Shown here one piece after another: positions 9,790 to 19,300 of a DNA stretch of 32,429 nt (within the stretch, counting starts at the first letter, position 1; each line of letters begins with the position of its first letter). A program made the translations under genes and the position numbers. Source of the DNA: a virus (lineage: Duplodnaviria; Caudoviricetes); IMG/VR virus record IMGVR_UViG_3300032239_000837, positions 1 through 32,429 of that record, one strand, 5' to 3'. The notes under the pieces are model-generated. The model worked only from the letters and a program-made list of their open reading frames with translations, made no database searches and had not been told where the DNA came from.

Positions 9790-10725
9790 ATGGGAAGTTC
9801 AATTTCTAGAAGATTTAGTGGTAGATTCAACCCTGCACCTTTGAGGCCAAGCCCAAAAGGCAGGCGTCAATCAACCCCTAGCCCAGCCCCAGCTTTGGCT
9901 GCTCCGACTACACCGGCCGCTCCGGCTACACCGGCTGCTCCGGCACCAAACGCCACGCTTTCAAATGGAACAACGGTGACGCCGACCGGAGCAATTGGAG
10001 CAACCACTGGCAGTGCTCCTCTTGGGACTGCTCCTACTACCACAACTCCGACAACGCTTACGCCGTCAACTCCGACGCCAAGTCCAAGCACTGTGGTTTC
10101 GAGTGGCGTTGCAACAACTCCGACGTCAACGACCGCACCGACAACCGCGACTTCTACAGGCTCAACAAACGTCACAACGCCGTCTACAACTCAAGTTTCG
10201 GCTCCGGTCGGCACTACCGTCAGCTCAACAACTGGAGCTACAAACGTCACAAATCCAAGCTCGCTGACGTTAAATCCAAACTCGCTGACGTTAAATCCAA
10301 ACTCGTTGATTTTTAATCCAAGTTTGACTCCATCCAATCAGCTTTCATTGCTTCCGAATTCTGGGATAAGCGTCGGGCCAATGATGGGGCCATTCTTGAA
10401 TCCAAACTATCAAAACATGGTTCAGGGGCCAATCTACCAGCCGCCTGCCACAATTCAGAACCCCACTACGCCGGTTGCAAACACTCCAGCCGCTGGCGGA
10501 AATAATGCTTCTGGCCCTGTTGCAGTGGCGTCTGGCGTAAAGCCAATCACAGCCGCTGCTACAGCCGCTACAAACACCGTCACGCCCACTCCAAACACCG
10601 GAGGGGCTGGGGGAACTACAACGGCCGCGCAAACGGCCGCTGCTCGCGCAAATCAAAACGTGGCAAGCAACGTGAACCAGTTTACGATGCCATCAATGCA
10701 GGGAATCACATTCGGAGGATCCTAA
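9790..10725 (+). CDS. Putative internal virion protein, GG-tail paralog 4 (Thr/Pro-rich, low complexity)
   Basis: TAATATG junction; MGSSISRR start; ends NQFTMPSMQGITFGGS. Confidence 0.8.
   Translation: MGSSISRRFSGRFNPAPLRPSPKGRRQSTPSPAPALAAPTTPAAPATPAAPAPNATLSNGTTVTPTGAIGATTGSAPLGTAPTTTTPTTLTPSTPTPSPSTVVSSGVATTPTSTTAPTTATSTGSTNVTTPSTTQVSAPVGTTVSSTTGATNVTNPSSLTLNPNSLTLNPNSLIFNPSLTPSNQLSLLPNSGISVGPMMGPFLNPNYQNMVQGPIYQPPATIQNPTTPVANTPAAGGNNASGPVAVASGVKPITAAATAATNTVTPTPNTGGAGGTTTAAQTAAARANQNVASNVNQFTMPSMQGITFGGS
10252..10326 (+). repeat. In-frame 21-nt tandem repeat (NP(S/N)SLTL), about 3.5 copies
   Basis: AATCCAA(G/A)CTCGCTGACGTTA units at 10252, 10273 and 10294, with a partial copy at 10315. 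Confidence 0.85.
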
Positions 10726-10726
10726 T

Positions 10727-13333
10727 ATGCCTTCTTACTTGGGTAGCGAGGGGATACCTGTTCAGATACAGGTTCCCAACTTAGCGGGCGGCGTATTGTC
10801 AAATCTCCAGCCAATTCGAGTGGCAGGAGACCCGTTGCAGTTTCGCGCACTCGACAAGTGGGAGATCCCGAAAGACCAGCCCTACATCGCGAATGCGATT
10901 GCCAACGCCGGTCAGTCAATTGGTGCTGGAATTCTGAACCGCGCCAAAAAGAAGGAAAAAGAGAAGGAAGACAAAATTCGTCAGGCCCAGTGGGAAAGGC
11001 AGCAGAATTGGAATGAATGGGCTCAAAACGAACACCTGAACATTCAGCGCGAGGCCGCTCAGTTGAAGAGCGACAAAGAACGCGTCAAAAACGTGGCGGC
11101 CACCAAGAACGCGGTCGTGGCTGGGCAAAAAAGGTTGTCCGGAGACTCGTCTGAAGCTGACCCTGAAGGCGGCGAGCCCCCATTGCCAGAAGAGGCTCCC
11201 CCTAAAGTATTGCCAGTCGTCCCGAAAGACGCTCCTGAGCCTGATTTGACAGCTCCCATTTTCCCGTCAAAGCAAGAGCCGACCAATTCGAGCGACTCGA
11301 CGCAACCGGCTGACATAGGGACTGGGAAAGAGGCTCCGGCCGCTTACGACACTAAGACGCAGGCAGCTATTCTCGCCGGAACCGTAAAGGCTCCGACCGC
11401 AAAGGATATCTACAGCCCGTTCGGCCGAAATGCGTCGCCTTCGCTGCTCGATCAGGAGGCTCCTCACCTTTCGTTGTCTCAGGAACCCGAAAAACAAGAG
11501 GGTCTGCAACTCGCGCCCCCAACGCCTCAAATGTCCACCATGGGCAGACAGGTTCAGGCGTTGTCTGATGTTCACCCTTTGAGGCAGGTTAAAACCACTC
11601 GCTTTGACAACGAGGGGCGTCCTACGGTCACGATTACGCCATACGAGGAGCGTACATACACCGAGCGATTTACTCCGACGCAAACCAAGCATGGGATGCT
11701 TTGGAAAGAAGACGGGAGTACTCTTGCCAATCTTCCCAAGCCTGTCACGAAGACAGAACAGGTGCTTCCCACGCGGTGGAACGACTCGTGGGCCGGTACA
11801 AAGTTTGAGAACATCTCGACCCTTTCCCCGACGCAGTTTGGGGCGCAGCAGGGATTGCTTGGAGAGGTCACCGGACGCACTCCGACGCCGTCCGCCGCTT
11901 TGATGGGCGTTGGCCCGTTTGCAGAGCAGCAACAACAGGCCGCGCCCGCTCTCGCCCCTGAACCTCCGTCTCCGGTCGCTGCTGGGGCTCCTACGGCCGC
12001 CCCCGCTACGCCGCAAGAGATCGCCGCCCGCAAGCAGGGAGCCGCCATGATACAAGCGGCCAGCCCGCCTGCTGCACAGCCTTCCGCTGCGTTGCCGGTT
12101 TCTGGCCCGTCGCAGGCACCTCAAGCTGGAGATGTTCCAAACCCTTTGTTCTCTCCAATGAGCAACAAGTTATCCGGTGGCGCATTGGAGGCGACTGCTC
12201 CAGCTCCTCGCACCGCGCCAGCACAGGCGCAAACGCCCGTTCCGACCAAGTTTGACTTATCAAGACCGCCCACTCACTTTGCAACCCTCGAAGACGCGCT
12301 TGCGTTTAAGAAGGAACTCGACGCTCATCCAGAGGCTGGCTATGTGATGAGGCATATGCCCACCACGAGAGAAACTGTGGCTGGCGAATTGCAGGGTATG
12401 TTCAAGACGGACGCCCACACTTTTGAGCTGAGAGGTGAAGGCAAAGGCATGACGCCGTATCAAGCCGCATCACTAAAACGTCTCGACGCTAATCAGGTGA
12501 AATCAAACAGAGTTGCCGCTGAAAGGATGACCCAATCCAACCCTGACTATAAGGCGTACAGCAAAGACGGCGGGGCAAGACAGGCCGCCGATTCAATTCT
12601 TGCTCAATACGAAGCAGCAACGCGTTCGGATAAAAACAGAGACGGCAAAGCTGGCGTGATGGATGCCGCTCTTATTTCAGGCGTTTCAAAGTTAGATACC
12701 GGCGGAAAAGCAACGCAGGCCGAAAACGAAATTATCAAACAAGCTAGGGGCTGGAGAGACGCAATTGCGGCAAATACGATCAAGCCTGCAAGCGGTGCCA
12801 TTCTTGGCCAACAGCAGCGCGATGCAATGGCTGAACAGCTTGTGACCGTAGTTAACGAAAAGGCGGCCCACGCAAACGAGGCTATCGCTCGCTACAGGGC
12901 AATGTGGAAAGACGAAAATGGATTTCAAAATCGAGCCGCGTTACCTCAATACGTTACTGGCGGAGACACTCCTGACGTTGCAATGATGCTCAAGCCGCAA
13001 GCATTTAAGCGCATCACTGAGCTTGATGGAGAACGCGCAAAACTTGCTGGCGACGTGCAGAAAATTGCTGACCCAATGCAAAAGGCGGCTGTGGCAAATA
13101 GGATGAAACAGGTCGAATGGGAAAGAGCTACAATCGCAAAGCGTCTTCGAGATTCAGCAAATAACGGGAAGATTTACATCCCGCCGGAAGCCCCTCACGA
13201 CGGACACTATCAACACGTTTGGCAGCAACATGAGGCGCACCCTTTCCAGCCGAATGAAGATGAGATAAAGATCATCAATTCGACCACTCAGGACTTGGGT
13301 GGAGGAGTGCAGATTTCGATTCCAATGGAATAA
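10727..13333 (+). CDS. Internal virion/ejection protein, 868 aa
   Basis: Charged coiled N-terminal part; long Pro/Ala/Gln disordered middle; C-terminal helical region (DAALISGVSKLDTGGKATQAE...LGQQQRDAM) resembling podoviral ejection proteins; precedes the giant gene. Confidence 0.65.
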   Translation: MPSYLGSEGIPVQIQVPNLAGGVLSNLQPIRVAGDPLQFRALDKWEIPKDQPYIANAIANAGQSIGAGILNRAKKKEKEKEDKIRQAQWERQQNWNEWAQNEHLNIQREAAQLKSDKERVKNVAATKNAVVAGQKRLSGDSSEADPEGGEPPLPEEAPPKVLPVVPKDAPEPDLTAPIFPSKQEPTNSSDSTQPADIGTGKEAPAAYDTKTQAAILAGTVKAPTAKDIYSPFGRNASPSLLDQEAPHLSLSQEPEKQEGLQLAPPTPQMSTMGRQVQALSDVHPLRQVKTTRFDNEGRPTVTITPYEERTYTERFTPTQTKHGMLWKEDGSTLANLPKPVTKTEQVLPTRWNDSWAGTKFENISTLSPTQFGAQQGLLGEVTGRTPTPSAALMGVGPFAEQQQQAAPALAPEPPSPVAAGAPTAAPATPQEIAARKQGAAMIQAASPPAAQPSAALPVSGPSQAPQAGDVPNPLFSPMSNKLSGGALEATAPAPRTAPAQAQTPVPTKFDLSRPPTHFATLEDALAFKKELDAHPEAGYVMRHMPTTRETVAGELQGMFKTDAHTFELRGEGKGMTPYQAASLKRLDANQVKSNRVAAERMTQSNPDYKAYSKDGGARQAADSILAQYEAATRSDKNRDGKAGVMDAALISGVSKLDTGGKATQAENEIIKQARGWRDAIAANTIKPASGAILGQQQRDAMAEQLVTVVNEKAAHANEAIARYRAMWKDENGFQNRAALPQYVTGGDTPDVAMMLKPQAFKRITELDGERAKLAGDVQKIADPMQKAAVANRMKQVEWERATIAKRLRDSANNGKIYIPPEAPHDGHYQHVWQQHEAHPFQPNEDEIKIINSTTQDLGGGVQISIPME

Positions 13334-13335
13334 CC

Positions 13336-16300
13336 ATGGCAACACAAGCTGACGACATTGAAGAACTCCGGAGGATTGCGATGGAGCCTTTTGAGGCTCC
13401 TACGTCAGCAAAAGGAGCAAAACCAACATCGGCCGAGCCCGACACTGAAGAGCTTCGTCGCATCGCCCATCCGGACGAGCCGGTGCAGGCAGAAAAGAAG
13501 CCGGAAAGCCTAAGGGATACATTGTTTCCTGAAGGCGGCTGGGGACTGCGTAAAGCTGCTCAGGAACTCGCCTTTGGCCCTGAATCGAACGCCCCTACGG
13601 TTTCGTCTGTTATCGCCATGGCGGGGCCGAACGGCCTCAACGAAGAGCAGCAGAAGATTGCTGACTCCGTAGAGGATCCGGAGGAAATTGCCAAGTTCCC
13701 CAAGTGGCACCCAAAAACCGACACACAAAAGGAAATTGCATATCAGCACTGGCGCAACTCGTCATTCAATGCTGACGCATGGAAGGGGATCAAAGAGCAG
13801 GGCGTCGGCTTGGCTGGCCTCGTAGAAAGCATCCCCGCTGGGCTTGGGAAGGCAGTGTACGACGTCGCCGGAAACACAGGCGAATCTGGGTTGAAATACC
13901 TGCACGCCAAAACGGACGAGGAAAAAGAGCTGATTGCCAAAGAGTGGGCAACCAGAATGGCAAACGTCCCTTTGGCTGTTCCGGCTGAAGCGGCCGAGGT
14001 TGCCAATCAAATGTCAAAGTGGGTTGAGCGCGGCGTTGGTGAAGCTGGGTTTGGATTTCTCGACAAAGCACTCTCGCACTTTGGGAGGTCTGAAGAGACC
14101 ATCAAAAAGCATTGGATGGCTCGTGATGCCCTCGACACTCACGACGCTCTTGTGGAGCAGCAAAAGCCCAACATCTTGGCTAGAGCAGCCGAAAAAGCGT
14201 ACAAAGGGCTCATCTCATTCACGTCGCCTTCAATTGACGAGATTCTCTACGCTCATCCCGAATTCAAAGGCGACCGCGTCAAAGCAGAAAAGTTCAAGAA
14301 CGGCCTCGACGAGCAGAAGACCCAAGAAGCAATTGGTAGCTACCTAGACTGGTGGAATAAGCATCCCACCGACCCTGATATTCGAGGCGTTGTCGCGCTT
14401 GGAATTGCCCCAGAGATAGCTGGCGTCGAATTGCCAGCCATCAACGTGTTTACAGCCAGCGAAGCTATTGCCAGCGGAGCCTTAGAGCTGGGCAACGTAG
14501 CCCGCCGATTGTCGGCCGGTGCCACTGAGGCATCATGGGCTCGACTTGCCAGAATGCGGGCCTATCAGGGCGTCAAAAAAGGAGTTGAAGACGCAAGCGA
14601 GGTTGGTGCAGTGGGGCGTGGGGCAGATGCTCTGGCTGGTGGAATTGACAAAATCACCGGAGCAATCAAAAAGGGAAAAGAATACCTCGACGAAAACATT
14701 CCTGAGCCATTGCAGCCATACCTTCAGCGGTTGGGGCCATACACAGCCGCTGGGACTGTTGGAGGGTTAGTTGAGGCTTATAACGACCCTGAGCACGCGT
14801 GGACTTCTTTTTTTAAGGGAGCACTAAAAGGAGAATTGGCGGCGGCCGCTATTAAAACGCCACGCCTCGTGGCAGACCTCGCCAAGAGCCGCGCAAAAGG
14901 ATTTGGTGGAACCACTGGAATGTGGGAAGGGCTCAACGCCGTTGAGGACGCTGGCCCTATGTCGCGAATGTTTGCTGCTCACCCAGAAAAACTGGACTGG
15001 CTTACAAATCACGCAAAGGACTTTGCAAAGGGAGCCATACGGATTACGCCAATGGCTGCCACGATTGGCGTACTAGACTCCGAGGACACAAGTTCTTTTG
15101 TCGGATCCATGCTTCAGGGCTGGGCGTGGTCTGCTGGCCCTCAAATGTGGCACAAGATGCTTGGCAAAGATCCCATTGAGCTTGCCAGAAATCAAAAGGA
15201 GCACGACCACCAAGCATTCAAGCTCAGAGCTTCGCTGGATCCAGCTCAGGTCGGCCGGTTTGATATGTTCGCAAATCCCAAGACCGAGGTTGATGCATCG
15301 AAACAGCACCTCGACGCGGTGACCGGAGAATTTCAACGAGCAGAAACAGAAGGGGCAAACGACGAAACCCTGAACAATCTTAGGGAAAAGCTGGTCAAAG
15401 CAAAGATTCGCCACGAGTCCGCAAAAGAGGTGGCCGAGGATCCAAAAGCGGCCGCTGAGTATTCTCGCATGGTCTGGCATCAGCTCGCCGCGATTGACTC
15501 TCATATCTCTGGCAGTTTGCAGGCAGGCAAAAACCTGAAAGTGAACCTGCTTTCCGAGAACGAAATCTACGACCGGCTGAAAGCGTCAAACAAAGAGCAT
15601 ATCGATTCTCTGGCTGGCCCCGACCCGACTCAATTGTCGGACGCTCAAGCCAAATACCTCGACTTGCTTCGATTCTATTCGACCAGCGAAGGCGTCGCGT
15701 ACCTTCGCGCACACACAGTGCCAAAAAACGGCGAGCGTCTCGATAAGGCGACCGGAGAGCGCGTGCTGTTCGAGCCTCAGGCCGACAAAGACACAATCGT
15801 TCTCAACGCAGACGCAATTCGTCAAAACATGGTCGAAGAGGGGAACGCGTTCCTGACTGCGTTGTCCCACGAGGCCGGTCACGTCATTGACGGGATGCAG
15901 GAGTACCGAGACCGTACCGCCGCGATGCGGGAAAAGCTGTTTGGGTCGGTGTACAGGAACGCGTCCGGCGAGGTTTACGCAGATACCACGAACGACGCCA
16001 TCTGGAACAAGAAGGCGTTGCTGGCATTGTTCAACAGCAAATACGCAGCGTCGTCGCACGACTACACTCCCGATCAGGTCGCTGAAAAGATGGGGCATTG
16101 GAACCCTGATACCGGCGAGATGGACGTCAACGGCATCGCCGAGCGTATGAAGAATGAGGTGATGGCGGACTACAACTCCATCGGCCTTTTCCGAAAATTC
16201 TACGCAAACCGCCCGAAAGGAGCCGACGCGCTCCTCGACTGGCTTGGCATCAAGAATCAAAACGGACGCGTGGCTAAGGCGTTGAGGGCTGCCACCGGCG

Positions 16301-19300
16301 TTGATCCGGATCACGCTGTGTATGGGCCGCGCTCTGGCGCAGAATTCACTCCTGATATGCAGGAGCAGACCCGCAAGCATCTGGACGAAGTTCGGAAGCT
16401 ACAGGGGCTCCTTAGCCCGCATAATCCTGAAGAGTCAGCCCGCGCACCGCTCACCAAAGAGCAGATCCTAGCAAACAAAGAGCTGACGGATTACTACTTC
16501 ACCGATTCCGGACGGTTCAAAACCGAGATGGTCGGCCAAGTTTACGACGCTGCAAACCGCAAAGTGTCCGAGGTGATCCTGACCGACCCGAATGTGTCCG
16601 AGGGCACTTGGGTGCATCATCCTGATACGGCCGGTGAATCGACCCTCACGCAAACGCGTGGCAAAGGCGAAATACCGGCCGAGCTGCAAAACGTGGTCGT
16701 CCCAGTTGGCGGCCATATGATGAGCGTTCACCGTATTGCCCGCGACCCGTCTGGCAGGCCGATTGAAAACGACAACAAAGCCACGAGAGAAATGCTTGAG
16801 CGTCGGGCTCAGATGATTCGAGATGCCATTGATAATTCTGGAGACTTGGGGGCACCGAATCGGATGCGCCCCATCTCCGAGAACAGCACGAGCTACACTG
16901 GCACCCTTTCAGACGCCCAGATTGCAGCAATAGACGCCCTGCCTAACCGCGTGGTGCCACAGAGCATCAAAGACAAGCTGTTTGCCCTTAATGCGGCTGT
17001 GGCGGCCGGTGATGGGCGTCGCCTCTTAATTGACTACGCCTCCCGCATTGACGCCAAAGGCCGGTACTTTCCGTTCTCTCCAAAAATTGTGGACGTGACG
17101 CCAATCGGGATGCAGTTCTCGAACGACGGACACTTTCTCGCTCGCGTTGTTTCTATCTCTCGCCTCAATTCAAAGGCAGACCGGTGGAGTGCGTTCATGC
17201 CTGCCCGCATGAAAATGTGGGGCGGAGACAAGCACGCGTTTGTGCGTGAGCTAATGGAGAAGTACCTCGCAAACCATTCCAAAGGCATTGAGGGATCCGG
17301 ATGGAGGGAGACGCCTGAGGGGCCAGTGAAGACCGCTGGGGCACTGTCTGACGACTACAAGACTGCCATTCAGAAGCGCGACATATTCAACGATTTTATG
17401 AATATGTACGACTCTGCCACGCAGGATCGTAATCCGAACAGGACGGTGCTTCCAAAGTTAAAACTGACCAAAGAACAGCAAGCTGACGAAGCGATGCTCA
17501 AGCTCTCAAAGGAGCAGAAAGCAGCGGAGAAATCGTCCGACCAAAACACGATGATTCGGTCTCTGCGTCTCGACGCGATGTTGGACTACACCAACACTGA
17601 CCTGCCAAAAATTCCGGTCGATTACTACAAGATCAAAACCAACTTCTCGCTGGGGCGGCCCCCTGAAGAACAGGAACGTCGCACGTTTGATTTGCCTCTT
17701 TTCTCTGTTAAGCGCACGAAACCCCAAGAGGAGGAACGCCGGTTCTTTTTTACGACGTCCACAGAGCGTGACCCTGTCATCGCAAAGCTCGTTCAGGGCG
17801 GTAAAGAAAAAGAGATTGAGCGCATCAACGAGAACTCAATTCTGCACGCCATGACTGGCTTAAAGGATATTGGAATCAAAGTTGAGCACGTTCGCGGAGT
17901 TTATAATGGCGGCCAAGAGGTTTCAGCCATTACCACGATCAAAGCCGGTAAAGGTGCCGATTTGGACGCGGCCAGAAGTCGTTTTGTAGACTTGAGCAAA
18001 GTCTTCAAGCAAGAGGCTATCATCGAAGAAAAGATGAACGGAGGCAAAAAAGAGCTTCGCGGACAGGTCGATGCAGACGGATTTTCGCATATCGACAAAG
18101 TCGCAATTACTTTTAAGAAGGTGGATCCCAAAATATTAGAAAGTGCCAGAAAAGAAGCTGGAATTGACGGGATGACTGTGGCAAAAGATCGCGTTGAGAT
18201 ATTTAACAACAAAAACGAAGATGATTTTACACAAAAATACGAACGGTTCCTTACCTTACTCAAAGACGCAGGAGCAGTTACATCAGGAGCTGAACAGAAT
18301 ATCGCAGCGGTTCGGGTTTACAGTGAAGCTCCTGAGCGAATCGCCGGAAGCATCGGATACAACGACCCATCGGTTCACATTCAAACCGAAAGGGGGGCAG
18401 GCGGAGCCGAGTACGGAAGGCTCAACACCTCCCTCTCCCGAAAGTTAGCGGAGATGGGCGCAATCCCTCCACCGTCCGAGGGTAAGCGTTCCTACTTTGA
18501 GCCGAAGGACGTCACCAAACAGCAGGCAAAATTTCAGGCTGAAATTGCGAAAGTATTCGACACTTTGCCTGACAACGATATGCAGCGTGGGCTTACGCAA
18601 AGAGCCTACGCTGCTTTGGCTAGAGACATTAAGGGGCAGTATGAGATCTTAACTTCTGGCCCCGACGGCATGAAGTTTGTGTCTAGGCCGTACAGTGAAG
18701 GCGGGGAGCCTTACAAGAATTCGGAAGAGGCTATTCGGGATATTCGTGAGAACAATCAGCTCACGTTCCTCAAGACGGATCCGGACGCGTTTGGCCCAGC
18801 AGGTGCCGATTTTAGCGGCCATCCGCTTTTGGCTGACTCTGGACTGAAAGACGCCAACGGCGTCCCGCTGCTTTACAACGATTTGTTCCGCGCAGTTCAC
18901 GACTCAATCGCGCATGGTATGTTCGGGTCATCGTTTGGCCCAATTGGGGAAGAGGCTGCCTATCACGTTCATGTCAGAACATTGAAAGACCCAATGGCGC
19001 GGTGGGCGTTAATGACCGAAACCAGAGGTCAGAATTCGTGGGTGAATTATCGCCCCGAAATGCTCAAGAAAAACGGGATGCCAATTCAGCGCGGTGAGGA
19101 AGGGTACGTCCCGCTTCAAGACCGAGGCTTTGCTGTTCAAAAAGCCGCTCTGTTGCCTCTTGAATATGCGCTGACAGGCGACACTGAAGTGGACAAGCCG
19201 GTCGTCGCTCTGATGAACCAGCTTGGCACGTTTACGCGTGGAAGCAGGGCTGCCACAAAGCAGGAAGCTGCCATTGAAGCCAGACTCAAAAAAGGCGTTT

